Assembly (NCBI GenBank): GCA_050953405.1
Contig: JBMNMP010000003.1
Span: 183,159-247,158 of the forward strand
From: Anaerovoracaceae bacterium
Lineage (GTDB): Bacteria > Bacillota > Clostridia > Peptostreptococcales > Anaerovoracaceae
Length of the DNA stretch: 64,000 bases
Direction of reading: 5' to 3'
Position 1 is the first letter of the stretch; every line of letters begins with the position of its first letter. Below the pieces are notes generated by a model. The model saw nothing but the letters and a program-made list of their open reading frames with translations, did no database searches and was not told the DNA's origin. The position numbers and the translations under genes are program-made. Shown here piece by piece: positions 36,730-46,063 of this stretch.

Positions 36730-36803
36730 AAAAGCGCAAAATAGAAATGACTTTAATATATCTTCTGTCTGCGATATAATGTAGACAGGAGATTTTAATT
36801 ACA

Positions 36804-37757
36804 ATGAAAGACAGATTTGGAAGAGATATAAACTATATGCGAATCTCGGTGACGGATCTCTGCAATTTGAGGTGCAAATACTGCATGCCGGCTGAAGGAG
36901 TGAAAAAGCTGCCTCACGATCAAATGATGACCAGGGAGGAATTACTCAATGCAGCGCGGGCCGGAGCCGAGCTGGGGATCAAAAAGATCCGGCTTACCGG
37001 CGGGGAACCCATGGTAAAACACGGGATCCTGGAAATATGCAAAGGAATCAGTGAAATAGAAGGAATCCAGGAGCTGTGTATGACAACTAACGGCACCTAT
37101 CTGCCGGAGTACGCAGCTGATCTGAAAAAGGCCGGAGTCAACCGGCTGAACATATCGCTGGACACGCTGAATCCCGAAAAGTTCCGCGACATTACCCGCG
37201 GCGGCGATCTCATGGACGTGCTCGACGGGATCAGAACGGCGGATGCGGTCGGTTTTGAAAATCTGAAAGTGAACGTAGTTCTGGCTAAGGGTTTCAATGA
37301 CGATGAGATACGGGATTTTGTGGAATTGACAAGGCACGATGATCTGGAAGTCAGATTCATCGAACTGATGCCGATCGGAGACGGCATCGGCTTTAACCGC
37401 CAGCAGTATATCAGTGCTGATGAGGTGCTTGCAAAGGTGCCGGAACTGATATCGCTGGACAGGGAGCAGGGAGTTGCCAAGCTGTACGCCCTGCCGCGGG
37501 CTAAGGGCCGTGTCGGGCTCATCAGGCCTATCAGTTGTGAATTCTGCGAAGGCTGCAACAAGATCAGGCTTACGAGCGACGGGAAGATAAAGCCGTGTCT
37601 GCACTCCAACCAGGAATATTCCATACGCGGCAAGGACTTTGAGGGGATCAAGCAGACTATGATCGATGCCATCATGGGCAAGCCGGAGCGGCGCGCACCG
37701 ATGGATGAGATCCATCCCAGCGAGACTTCCCGTACTATGAACCAGATAGGAGGATAA
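36804..37757 (+). CDS. moaA: GTP 3',8-cyclase MoaA
   Basis: Radical-SAM motif CNLRCKYCMP and C-terminal cluster CEFCEGCNKIRLTSDGKIKPC. Confidence 0.9.
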   Translation: MKDRFGRDINYMRISVTDLCNLRCKYCMPAEGVKKLPHDQMMTREELLNAARAGAELGIKKIRLTGGEPMVKHGILEICKGISEIEGIQELCMTTNGTYLPEYAADLKKAGVNRLNISLDTLNPEKFRDITRGGDLMDVLDGIRTADAVGFENLKVNVVLAKGFNDDEIRDFVELTRHDDLEVRFIELMPIGDGIGFNRQQYISADEVLAKVPELISLDREQGVAKLYALPRAKGRVGLIRPISCEFCEGCNKIRLTSDGKIKPCLHSNQEYSIRGKDFEGIKQTMIDAIMGKPERRAPMDEIHPSETSRTMNQIGG

Positions 37758-37762
37758 ACGCA

Positions 37763-38254
37763 GTGGCTGATTTTTCTCACTTCAATGGTGAGGGGCGCGC
37801 CCGCATGGTCGATGTGGGCGGAAAAGCGGTTACCCGGCGTGTCGCGGTAGCGGCGGGCAGGGTCCTGGTGAGCAGGGAGACTTTTGATCTCATCAGGAGC
37901 GGCGGCATGAAAAAGGGAGACGTGCTGGGCACTGCCCAGATAGGCGGCATCATGGGTGCCAAGAGGACTCCCGACATCATACCGATGTGCCACCCCATCA
38001 TGATAAACGGAGTAGACATAGATTTTGAAATGAATGAAAAAGACCTGGCGGTGGAGATCACGGCTTCGGTCAAGTGCAGCGGTGTCACCGGCGTGGAAAT
38101 GGAAGCGCTGACCGCTGTTTCTGTTGCCGCCCTGACTGTCTATGACATGTGCAAGGCTGTGCAGAAGGATATGGTTATCGATAATATACATCTGCTGTCC
38201 AAGAGCGGCGGCAAGAGCGGCGACTACAGATGGGAGGACAAACATGGCATATAA
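37763..38254 (+). CDS. moaC: Cyclic pyranopterin monophosphate synthase MoaC
   Basis: Motifs MVDVGGKAVTRR, IPMCHP, GVEMEALTAVSVAALTVYDMCKA. Confidence 0.9.
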   Translation: MADFSHFNGEGRARMVDVGGKAVTRRVAVAAGRVLVSRETFDLIRSGGMKKGDVLGTAQIGGIMGAKRTPDIIPMCHPIMINGVDIDFEMNEKDLAVEITASVKCSGVTGVEMEALTAVSVAALTVYDMCKAVQKDMVIDNIHLLSKSGGKSGDYRWEDKHGI

Positions 38255-38747
38255 TGCAGCGGTGATAACTATCAGCGACAAGGGCTCGCGCGGCGAGAGA
38301 GTGGATACGGCGGGTCCTGCGTGCTGCGGGATACTGAAGGACCACGGATGGGAGATAGAATATACAGCAATCATACCGGATGATTTCGGTACTATCTGCA
38401 GCGAGCTGAAGAAGTGCGCCGACGAGCTGGGGGTGACTCTGGTGATCACCACCGGGGGAACGGGATTTTCGAAACGCGATGTCACCCCGGAGGCGACACT
38501 GAGAGTATGCGAGCGCGAGATCAGAGGCATTCCTGAAGCGATGAGAGCGGAGAGCAACAAGATCACGCCGCGTGGTATGTTGTCCAGAGCAGCCGCCGGA
38601 TTGAGGAAAGACACCATGATCGTCAATGTGCCTGGATCGGAGAAGGCAGCGCGTGAGAACCTGGAAGCGGTCATCGATCCCATCAGACATGGTGCGGACA
38701 TGCTGGCCGGCGGAGGCCATGACCATGCGCACGAGCATGAGAAATAA
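38244..38747 (+). CDS. moaB: MoaB/MogA-family molybdenum cofactor biosynthesis protein
   Basis: The start overlaps the moaC stop. Motifs ITISDKGSRGER, LVITTGGTGFSKRDVTPEA, NVPGSEKAA. Confidence 0.85.
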   Translation: MAYNAAVITISDKGSRGERVDTAGPACCGILKDHGWEIEYTAIIPDDFGTICSELKKCADELGVTLVITTGGTGFSKRDVTPEATLRVCEREIRGIPEAMRAESNKITPRGMLSRAAAGLRKDTMIVNVPGSEKAARENLEAVIDPIRHGADMLAGGGHDHAHEHEK

Positions 38748-38760
38748 CGAGGAGGAAGCA

Positions 38761-39237
38761 ATGGCTGAAGTAGTAGCGGTCTGTATCAGCGAGAAGAAGG
38801 GCGAGCAGAAACACCCCGTTGATCAGGCGGTATTGAAAGAGAATTACGGAATCGAGGGAGATGCCCATGCGGGCAAATGGCACCGGCAGGTGAGTCTGCT
38901 GGGCGATGAGAGCGTTGACAAGCTCAGGGATGTCATCGACATACCCCTGCCGCCGGGCGCTTTTGCGGAGAATATACTGACCAGGGGCATCGAGCTCTTT
39001 ACACTGCCTATAGGTACCCGGCTGCAGATCGGAGAAGCCATCGGAGAGGTGACTCAGATCGGCAAGGAGTGCCATTACGGCTGTGCGATCAGAGAGATCG
39101 CCGGAGACTGTGTGATGCCGCGTGAAGGCATTTTTGTGAGAGTGCTGAAGGGCGGTACCGTCAAGGCGGGCGATCCTGTCAAAATATTGGAAAGAGGAGA
39201 CCAAGATGGACGAAAAGACCAGAAAGCTTTGGGATGA
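38761..39237 (+). CDS. MOSC domain-containing protein
   Basis: Motifs GIEGDAHAGKWHRQVSLL, GAFAENILTRGIEL, and C-terminal Cys (KECHYGCAI). Confidence 0.75.
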   Translation: MAEVVAVCISEKKGEQKHPVDQAVLKENYGIEGDAHAGKWHRQVSLLGDESVDKLRDVIDIPLPPGAFAENILTRGIELFTLPIGTRLQIGEAIGEVTQIGKECHYGCAIREIAGDCVMPREGIFVRVLKGGTVKAGDPVKILERGDQDGRKDQKALG

Positions 39238-39721
39238 GTGCGTCGAGTTTCACGGACATAAGTGCGGCGGCCTTGTGATTGGATTCAAGGCTGCCCTTTA
39301 CATTCTGGAACTGATGCACATCGACCGTGCGGGCGATGAAGAGCTCGTATGCATTGCGGAGAACGATTCCTGCGGTATCGACGGCATCCAGTATGTGGCC
39401 GGATGTACCATAGGGAAGGGCAACCTCCTGTTTCGCCTGCGCGGCAAACAGGCCTGGAATTTCTACAACCGGGGAACGGGAGAATCGCGGAGACTGATAC
39501 TGCGGGAGAGAAAGATTCCCCGCGATGAGATGCTGGAACTGCCCGGCAGCGAACTGTTCGAGACGGGCCCTGTAAAGTTTGAGCTGCCTGAGAAGGCCCG
39601 CATCTTTAAATCGTATCCGTGTGAGGAATGCGGCGAGATGACAGCCGATTATTTCATGCGCATGCAGGACGGCAAACGCGTTTGCCTCTCGTGCTTCAAA
39701 GATTATGAAAGGTTCAGGTAG
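39206..39721 (+). CDS. FmdE/FwdE-family protein with C-terminal zinc ribbon
   Basis: FHGHKCGGLVIGFKAA...NDSCGIDGIQYVAGCTIGKGNL, and C-terminal CEECG...CLSC. Confidence 0.75.
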   Translation: MDEKTRKLWDECVEFHGHKCGGLVIGFKAALYILELMHIDRAGDEELVCIAENDSCGIDGIQYVAGCTIGKGNLLFRLRGKQAWNFYNRGTGESRRLILRERKIPRDEMLELPGSELFETGPVKFELPEKARIFKSYPCEECGEMTADYFMRMQDGKRVCLSCFKDYERFR

Positions 39722-39723
39722 AT

Positions 39724-40695
39724 ATGAGGGAAGTTAGCAGAATAAGGATTCAGGATATCGAGGGTTTCCGTTTCGGGACTGCGGAGTCGCTGGCCGGGGC
39801 CACCGGGGTGACCGTTATTGTCAGTGAAGAGGGAGCTGTTGCCGGCGTCGATGTGCGCGGCGGCGGACCGGCTACCAGGGAAACGGATGTCATCAAGCCG
39901 GAGAATACTGTGCAGACGGCGAATGCCGTGGTGATTTCCGGCGGCAGCGCCTTCGGTCTGGAGGCCGGCTGCGGCGTCATGGATGCTCTTGCAGCCAGGG
40001 AGATCGGACTGGACACCGGACTCGGCATCGTACCCATAGTCTGCGGCGCATCACTGTTCGATCTGCAGCTGGGAGAAAAGGGAGCTTACCCCGACAAGGC
40101 CATGGGCTTTACGGCCTGTGAAAACGCCTTCAGGGGGCAGTTCGGCGACGGATGCCGCGGAGCCGGCTGCGGGGCTACGGTCGGCAAACTGATGGGCTCC
40201 GAACGGTGCATGAAGAGCGGTCAGGGAGTCTCTGCCGCTCAGCTCGGTGACTTGAAGGCCGGTGCGCTCACTGCCGTGAACTGCGTGGGAGACGTGTTCG
40301 ATGAGAACGGAAATGCTCTGGCCGGACTGCTCTCGGAAGACGGCTCGCACCTGATTTCGACTGAGGAGGCTCTGCTGGCCGATCTGAACGCGGGAGACAT
40401 GCCGCTGAGCAATACCACGATAAGCTGCATTGTCACCAACGCAAAGCTGGACAAGGCGCGCTGCGCCAAGCTGGCGTCCGTATGTCACGATGCTTTTGCG
40501 AGATCTATAAGGCCTGTCCACTGCAGTGCGGATGGAGACACGATCTTCGTGCTGGCCTCGGGCAGGGTGGAGACCGATTTCGATGTCCTCGCAGTGCTGG
40601 CTGCGAGACAGGTGCAGGCTTCGATCACCGGGGCAGTGAGCAGCGCGGATCCGAAGCGCTCGTATGGCCTCAAGTGTGCCGCTGATTTCAGATGA
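39724..40695 (+). CDS. P1 (S58, DmpA/L-aminopeptidase-like) family peptidase
   Basis: Motifs TGVTVIV, GVDVRGGGPATRETD, NTTISCIVTNAKLD. Confidence 0.75.
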   Translation: MREVSRIRIQDIEGFRFGTAESLAGATGVTVIVSEEGAVAGVDVRGGGPATRETDVIKPENTVQTANAVVISGGSAFGLEAGCGVMDALAAREIGLDTGLGIVPIVCGASLFDLQLGEKGAYPDKAMGFTACENAFRGQFGDGCRGAGCGATVGKLMGSERCMKSGQGVSAAQLGDLKAGALTAVNCVGDVFDENGNALAGLLSEDGSHLISTEEALLADLNAGDMPLSNTTISCIVTNAKLDKARCAKLASVCHDAFARSIRPVHCSADGDTIFVLASGRVETDFDVLAVLAARQVQASITGAVSSADPKRSYGLKCAADFR

Positions 40696-40725
40696 ATGAT
40701 TTAAGATAAGCCGTATCGGATATAC

Positions 40726-40757
40726 AAAAAGACCGCTGCCAGGCAACGGTCTTTTTT
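40726..40757. terminator. Bidirectional terminator
   Basis: AAAAAGACCGCTGCC, one-base loop A, GGCAACGGTCTTTTTT. It lies between convergent transcription units. Confidence 0.75.
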
Positions 40758-40763
40758 CAGTTT

Positions 40764-40838
<75 letters not shown>

Positions 40839-40904
40839 AGGCCTCTTGCTGAATCGATTTTTAAATATCAGGGGCGCCGGACGTTGTCCGCGCCCCGTGA
40901 TCAT

Positions 40905-40979
40905 TGGCTAGGGTAGCAGGATTCGAACCTGCGCATGATGGAATCAGAATCCATTGCCTTACCACTTGGCGATACCCCA
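40905..40979 (-). tRNA. tRNA-Gln (CTG)
   Basis: Reverse complement TGGGGTATCGCCAAGTGG... with anticodon loop TTCTGAT, ending TACCCTAGCCA. Confidence 0.85.
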
Positions 40980-41057
40980 ATGTTGGTTACTTTTCTATTA
41001 TATAATACACTCCGTGATTTGTGAACTGGTATTTCACGTTTTGTATTTTCTCTTTAA

Positions 41058-41134
41058 TGGGGTGGGTAGTGGGATTCGAACCCACGCATGGCGGAGCCAC
41101 AACCCGCTGTCTTAACCACTTGACTATACCCACC
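41058..41134 (-). tRNA. tRNA-His (GTG) with encoded G-1
   Basis: Reverse complement G-GTGGGTATAGTCAAGTGG... with anticodon loop TTGTGGC, ending TACCCACCCCA. The extra 5' G pairs with C73. Confidence 0.9.
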
Positions 41135-41138
41135 AAAT

Positions 41139-41215
41139 TGGCGATCCGGATCGGGTTCGAACCGACGACCTCCAGCGTGACAGGCTGGCATTCTAACCAA
41201 CTGAACTACCGGACC
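41139..41215 (-). tRNA. tRNA-Asp (GTC)
   Basis: Reverse complement GGTCCGGTAGTTCAGTTGGTTAGAATGCC... with anticodon loop CTGTCAC, ending CCGGATCGCCA. Confidence 0.9.
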
Positions 41216-41232
41216 GCATAATTAGTCATACA

Positions 41233-41308
41233 TGGTGGGCGCTACAGGGCTCGAACCTGTGACCCCCTGCTTGTAAGGCAGGTGCTCTCCCAGCTGAGCT
41301 AAGCGCCC
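41233..41308 (-). tRNA. tRNA-Val (TAC)
   Basis: Reverse complement GGGCGCTTAGCTCAGCTGGGAGAGC... with anticodon loop CTTACAA, ending AGCGCCCACCA. Confidence 0.9.
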
Positions 41309-41334
41309 ATATACAATGTATTTGATAAAGTATA

Positions 41335-41411
41335 TGGTAGCGGCGAGTGGATTCGAACCACCGACCTTCCGGGTATGAACCGGACGCTCTAGCCAACTAA
41401 GCTACACCGCC
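41335..41411 (-). tRNA. Elongator tRNA-Met (CAT)
   Basis: Reverse complement GGCGGTGTAGCTTAGTTGGCTAGAGCG... with anticodon loop TTCATAC, ending CGCCGCTACCA. It resembles Bacillus elongator tRNA-Met. Confidence 0.8.
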
Positions 41412-41445
41412 ACGTCATCGCAGCTCCTTAGATACTGCAAGAGTT

Positions 41446-41474
41446 ATATTACCAAAAGAAACCGAGGGTGTCAA
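41446..41474 (-). promoter_or_regulatory. Promoter of the six-tRNA operon
   Basis: On the minus strand: TTGACA (41474-41469), a 17-nt spacer, then TAATAT (41451-41446). It lies about 35 nt upstream of tRNA-Met. Confidence 0.7.
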
Positions 41475-41587
41475 GAATAAAATTCCGGAAAGGCAACTAA
41501 ATTGGAGATTGTTCCCCAAAGCCCGCAGAGGATGGAAAAATAATGAGCTGCCGCAGCAGCTCATCGTCCTCTCATCCGGTTGTAATG

Positions 41588-41935
41588 TTAAATGTCTGAT
41601 CCTTCGGGTGGATCATTTTCTGTGTCGGGGTCTTCGACGGAGTCAGCGTCTGCAGTTGCCTCGGCCTCAGCTTTCCTCTTTTCCAGTGCTTTTTCATATT
41701 CGGCGAATATTGCCTCTTTGATCTTGTTTCTGGTTTCAGATACCAGCGGATGCGCTATGTCTCTGAAATCGCCTTCGCCCATTTTTCTGCTCGGCATGGC
41801 AATAAAGAGACCGTTGCGGCCATCGATGATTTTAATGTCGTGTACGACGAATTCATCATCAAAAGTGATGGATACGATGGCTTTCATTTTTCCTTCATCG
41901 TTGATTTTGCGTATTCTTACGTCAGTAATATTCAT
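41588..41935 (-). CDS. spoVG: Septation protein SpoVG
   Basis: [51 protein letters not shown] is the canonical SpoVG N-domain. Acidic tail. Confidence 0.92.
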   Translation of the reverse strand: MNITDVRIRKINDEGKMKAIVSITFDDEFVVHDIKIIDGRNGLFIAMPSRKMGEGDFRDIAHPLVSETRNKIKEAIFAEYEKALEKRKAEAEATADADSVEDPDTENDPPEGSDI

Positions 41936-42048
41936 TTTTTGACACCGCCTTTTTGTGATACATCATACTGTCATTATATAGCACAGTATACTAATTAACA
42001 AGGAGTTTAATAAAAAATTCTGACTATTAAGCACTCGTTTGAAACGAT

Positions 42049-42858
42049 TCAGAACAGATCCTGATTGGGAAAAACTTCGATTTCACCGGTGGCCTCGTTG
42101 AGGCTCTCCAGGTATATGATCGGGGTGTAGTTTTCTATTTTCTTGCTGACAGGTTCCACGGCCACCATGGCGACGCCGATGCCGCAAACCTCGATATCGC
42201 TTTCTGACAGCAGCTCGCAGATGCCCTTCATGGAACCGCCCGCCCGCATGAAGTCATCGACTACCAGGGCGCGGCTGCCGGGCACGGCGGCCTTCTTGGA
42301 GAGCGACATCTTCTGCATGCGTGATGTGGATCCTGAGAAGTAGTTGATGGAGATCGTGGGGCCTTCGCTGATCTTGGGCTCGCGGCGGACGACTATCAGC
42401 GGCAGGTCCAGCAGCTTGCCGGTCATCAGGGCCAGGGGGAGTCCCTTGGTCTCGATGGTGGCCACGTAGTCGGCGCGGCAGTCTTTGAATTTGCGCGCCA
42501 GTATCTCCGCCATTTCTTCCGTGAGTACGGGATCGAACATGATGTCGGAGGTGTACAGAAAGCCGCCTCCCATGATGCGCGACGGATCCGACAGCATATC
42601 GCATATCTTCTGCTGCGTCCGGAGACATTTTTCGTCGCTGATCCAGCTGGTGTACCTGACGCCGCCTCCGGCTCCGGGGATTGTCTCTATGCGGCCGAGG
42701 TCGCCCTCGCGCAGTATGTCTTTGGCGATCTTGATGTCTTCGCTGACGGTTGACTTTGCCGCGCCGAAAAGCTGACAGAAATATTTGAGCCCGAATGAGC
42801 GGCCGGGCCTCGATGACAGTATTTTGATAATTGATCCTATCCTTCCGCTTCTCTTCAT
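42049..42858 (-). CDS. purR: Pur operon repressor PurR
   Basis: N-terminal winged helix (RIGSIIKILSSRPGRSF) plus a PRT-type domain (ALVVDDFMRAGGS). Confidence 0.88.
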   Translation of the reverse strand: MKRSGRIGSIIKILSSRPGRSFGLKYFCQLFGAAKSTVSEDIKIAKDILREGDLGRIETIPGAGGGVRYTSWISDEKCLRTQQKICDMLSDPSRIMGGGFLYTSDIMFDPVLTEEMAEILARKFKDCRADYVATIETKGLPLALMTGKLLDLPLIVVRREPKISEGPTISINYFSGSTSRMQKMSLSKKAAVPGSRALVVDDFMRAGGSMKGICELLSESDIEVCGIGVAMVAVEPVSKKIENYTPIIYLESLNEATGEIEVFPNQDLF

Positions 42859-42973
42859 TAGCTCGTCCTCCTGTTAAAAATAATATTATTAGAAGCGAGA
42901 AATATTGTCAAATCGGTGACTAATTCTGTACAAATGTGATATAATGCTTTCGAATTAATTACGGAGGATACGG

Positions 42974-44389
42974 ATGATAGATTTTTCAAAAGTAAAATGC
43001 ATCCATTGTATTGGCATTGGCGGAATTGGGTTGTCTGCTATTGCCTCTATTTTGCTTTCTAAAGGATATAAAGTTACAGGATCTGATATGAACCAGGGGG
43101 ACAAGGTGGAAAGCCTGATGAAAGAAGGGGCTACCATCTATCTGGGACACAGGGCCAAAAACATCGGTGATGCTGATCTGCTGGTTTTCTCGGCAGCGGT
43201 AGCCAGGGACAATCCTGAGCTGGTAGCGGCGAAGGAAAAGGGCATCCCGTGCATCAGCAGAGCGCAGATGCTGGGGATCCTGATGGCCGAGCACAAGATC
43301 AGCATTGCGGTATCGGGTACCCACGGGAAGACGACAACCACTTCGATGTTGTCACTGATACTGAAGCACGCTCAAAAGGACCCCACCATCCTGGTGGGCG
43401 GAAACCTGGCGGAGCTGCACGGAAATGTGAGAGTAGGACACAGCGAGTACTTTGTAACCGAGGCATGCGAATACATGGACAGCTTTCTCCAGTTGAAACC
43501 GAAGATCGAGATCATACTGAACATCGACTCGGATCACCTGGACTATTTTAAAGATGTTGAACACATAGTGAAGTCGTTTGACAAGTTTGTAGACAATGTT
43601 CCCGAGGACGGGATCATTTTGGCTTACGGGGCAAATCCCTTTGTCAAGAGAGTCATCAAGGGCAGGGACAACGTGATCACTTATGGATTTGATGAAAGCA
43701 ACGACTACTATGCGGATGATATAGAATTCAACGGCGAGGGCAAACCATCGTTCACGATGTACAACAACGGGGAGAGGCTGGCAAACATACAGCTGGACGT
43801 TCCGGGCGAGCACAACCTGCTCAACGCTCTGGTGGCGGCGGCATGCGCCCATGTGCAGGGGATACCGATGGACCTCATCAAGGATACACTCGAGCATTAT
43901 CGCGGCACTCAGAGGCGTTTTGATGTCATCGGGGAGACCCAGGACGGGATCACGGTCATCGACGACTATGCCCATCACCCCACGGAAATCAAGGCAACTC
44001 TGGCGGCGGCACAGAAGAGGAAGCACAATGAGATATGGAGCGTATTCCAGCCCCACACTTATTCGCGGACAGTGGCTCTGTTCGACGAGTTCCCGGCCGC
44101 GTTCGAGCAGTCGGACAAAATCGTGCTCGCGGAGATTTTCGCAGCCAGGGAAAAGAACATTCACAAGATAAGCAGCAAGTCTCTGGCCAGGGAGATCAAA
44201 AAAGTATACCCCGACAAGGAGGTCTACTTTTTCAGCGACCTGGGCGAGATCGCGAATTTCGTGTATCATAATTCAGAACCCGGTGATCTCGTGATGACAC
44301 TGGGAGCCGGTGATATCTATAAGGTGGGCGAAATGATCCTGGAGCTGGACGGCACCGGGAAACTCAAGGGAGAAAAGATCAATGACTAA
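42974..44389 (+). CDS. murC: UDP-N-acetylmuramate--L-alanine ligase MurC
   Basis: Motifs HCIGIGGIGLSAIA, GTHGKTTTTSM, DDYAHHPTEI. Confidence 0.9.
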   Translation: MIDFSKVKCIHCIGIGGIGLSAIASILLSKGYKVTGSDMNQGDKVESLMKEGATIYLGHRAKNIGDADLLVFSAAVARDNPELVAAKEKGIPCISRAQMLGILMAEHKISIAVSGTHGKTTTTSMLSLILKHAQKDPTILVGGNLAELHGNVRVGHSEYFVTEACEYMDSFLQLKPKIEIILNIDSDHLDYFKDVEHIVKSFDKFVDNVPEDGIILAYGANPFVKRVIKGRDNVITYGFDESNDYYADDIEFNGEGKPSFTMYNNGERLANIQLDVPGEHNLLNALVAAACAHVQGIPMDLIKDTLEHYRGTQRRFDVIGETQDGITVIDDYAHHPTEIKATLAAAQKRKHNEIWSVFQPHTYSRTVALFDEFPAAFEQSDKIVLAEIFAAREKNIHKISSKSLAREIKKVYPDKEVYFFSDLGEIANFVYHNSEPGDLVMTLGAGDIYKVGEMILELDGTGKLKGEKIND

Positions 44390-45089
44390 ATTGACAATAG
44401 AAGATATAGAAAAAGCAGAAAGAGAGCGGCTGGAACGCAATCTCGAGTATACTGCCGGAGGTGTGCGCTTTATCGACATCAGACAGGCGTATATAGATGA
44501 AGGAGTCGAGATCGGCGAAGGCACAGTGATATACCCCTGTGTCGTGCTGGAAGGCAGTGTAAAGATCGGCAGCAACTGCGTCATCGGACAGAACAGCAGG
44601 ATCGTTGATTCTACCATCGAAGACGACGTTGAGATCCAGAGCTCGGTGATCCTTCAGAGTTCGGTCGGCAGCGGCACCAAGGTGGGACCGTTTGCATACA
44701 TGAGGCCGAATTCGCATACGGGGAAAAACTGCAAGGTAGGAGATTTCGTGGAGATGAAGAACTCCACGCTGGGAGATGGCAGCAAGTCTTCACATCTCAC
44801 ATATATAGGAGACGCGGACGTCGGCAGCGGAGTCAACCTCGGCTGCGGAGTGGTGTTCGTCAACTACGACGGACGCGAAAAGCACAGGACCACTGTGAAA
44901 GACGGCGCTTTCATCGGATGCAACACCAATCTGGTGGCTCCGGTCACCGTGGGGGAGAAAGCTTATACCGCCGCGGGAAGCACGGTCACCGGCAATGTGC
45001 CCGATGGCGCACTGCACGTTTCCAGAGCAAAAGCACGTACACTCGAAGGCTGGGTCGCAAGGCGCGGACTTCTCAATAAGAAAAAATAA
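44382..45089 (+). CDS. glmU: GlmU C-terminal half only: left-handed beta-helix glucosamine-1-phosphate N-acetyltransferase domain
   Basis: 235 aa. It starts in the helical linker (RERLERNLEYTAGGVRFID), followed by hexapeptide repeats and the NYDG...K..T motif. No N-terminal nucleotidyltransferase domain. The start overlaps the murC stop by 8 nt. Confidence 0.75.
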   Translation: MTKLTIEDIEKAERERLERNLEYTAGGVRFIDIRQAYIDEGVEIGEGTVIYPCVVLEGSVKIGSNCVIGQNSRIVDSTIEDDVEIQSSVILQSSVGSGTKVGPFAYMRPNSHTGKNCKVGDFVEMKNSTLGDGSKSSHLTYIGDADVGSGVNLGCGVVFVNYDGREKHRTTVKDGAFIGCNTNLVAPVTVGEKAYTAAGSTVTGNVPDGALHVSRAKARTLEGWVARRGLLNKKK

Positions 45090-46055
45090 ATGGAGGATAA
45101 AATGAAGAACGGAGTGTTTTCTGACTACAAGGTATTCACCGGCAATTCACATCCCGAGCTGGCCGAAGAGATCGCATCTCTCATGGGCAAGCCGCTGGGA
45201 AAGATAGACGTAAAGAAATTCAGCGACGGCGAGATAGCTTTGAACCTGCACGAAACTGTCAGGGGATATGACTGCTATATCGTACAGTCGACCTGTTCGC
45301 CAGTGAATGACAATCTGATGGAAGTCCTGATCATGATCGATGCCATGAAGCGCGCTTCAGCAGGCAGGATCAATGCCGTAATACCTTACTACGGATACGC
45401 CAGACAGGACAGGAAGGCAAAACCAAGGGATCCGATCTCGGCCAAGCTGGTTGCCGATATCCTGCAGTCTGCAGGAGCTGACAGGGTGGTTACTATGGAC
45501 CTTCATGCGGCTCAGATTCAGGGATACTTTGATATACCGGTAGATCACCTGCTGGGTATGCCGATCCTGGTGGACTACTGGAAAAAGAAGAATATTGAAG
45601 ATCTGGTAATAGTTTCGCCGGATCACGGCTCTGTAGGCAGGGCAAGGAGCATGGCGGAACCGCTCAATGCACCGATTGCTATCGTCGACAAGAGGAGACC
45701 GGAACCGAACAAGAGCGAGATAATGAACATTATCGGAGATATCGAAGGAAAGAACTGCATCATCGTGGATGACATGATCGATACCGCAGGCACTATCTGC
45801 AATGCCGGCAAGGCGCTGATGGAGATGGGTGCCAGGAGCGTGTCCGCATGTGCGACACACGCCGTACTTTCCGGACCGGCTCCGCAGAGACTTGACGAAG
45901 CTCCGTTCAAGGAAGTCGTACTGCTGAACACGATCCCCATCCCGCCGGAGAGAAGGATCGAGAATATGAAGCACCTGTCTGTGGCTCCGTTGTTTGCAGA
46001 AGCGATGGCAAGGATCCACAACAACGATTCTATCAGCAAGATGTTCAACGACTAG
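45090..46055 (+). CDS. prs: Ribose-phosphate pyrophosphokinase
   Basis: Motifs YYGYARQDRK, DLHAAQIQGYF, IVDDMIDTAGT. Confidence 0.92.
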   Translation: MEDKMKNGVFSDYKVFTGNSHPELAEEIASLMGKPLGKIDVKKFSDGEIALNLHETVRGYDCYIVQSTCSPVNDNLMEVLIMIDAMKRASAGRINAVIPYYGYARQDRKAKPRDPISAKLVADILQSAGADRVVTMDLHAAQIQGYFDIPVDHLLGMPILVDYWKKKNIEDLVIVSPDHGSVGRARSMAEPLNAPIAIVDKRRPEPNKSEIMNIIGDIEGKNCIIVDDMIDTAGTICNAGKALMEMGARSVSACATHAVLSGPAPQRLDEAPFKEVVLLNTIPIPPERRIENMKHLSVAPLFAEAMARIHNNDSISKMFND

Positions 46056-46063
46056 GGAGGAAA

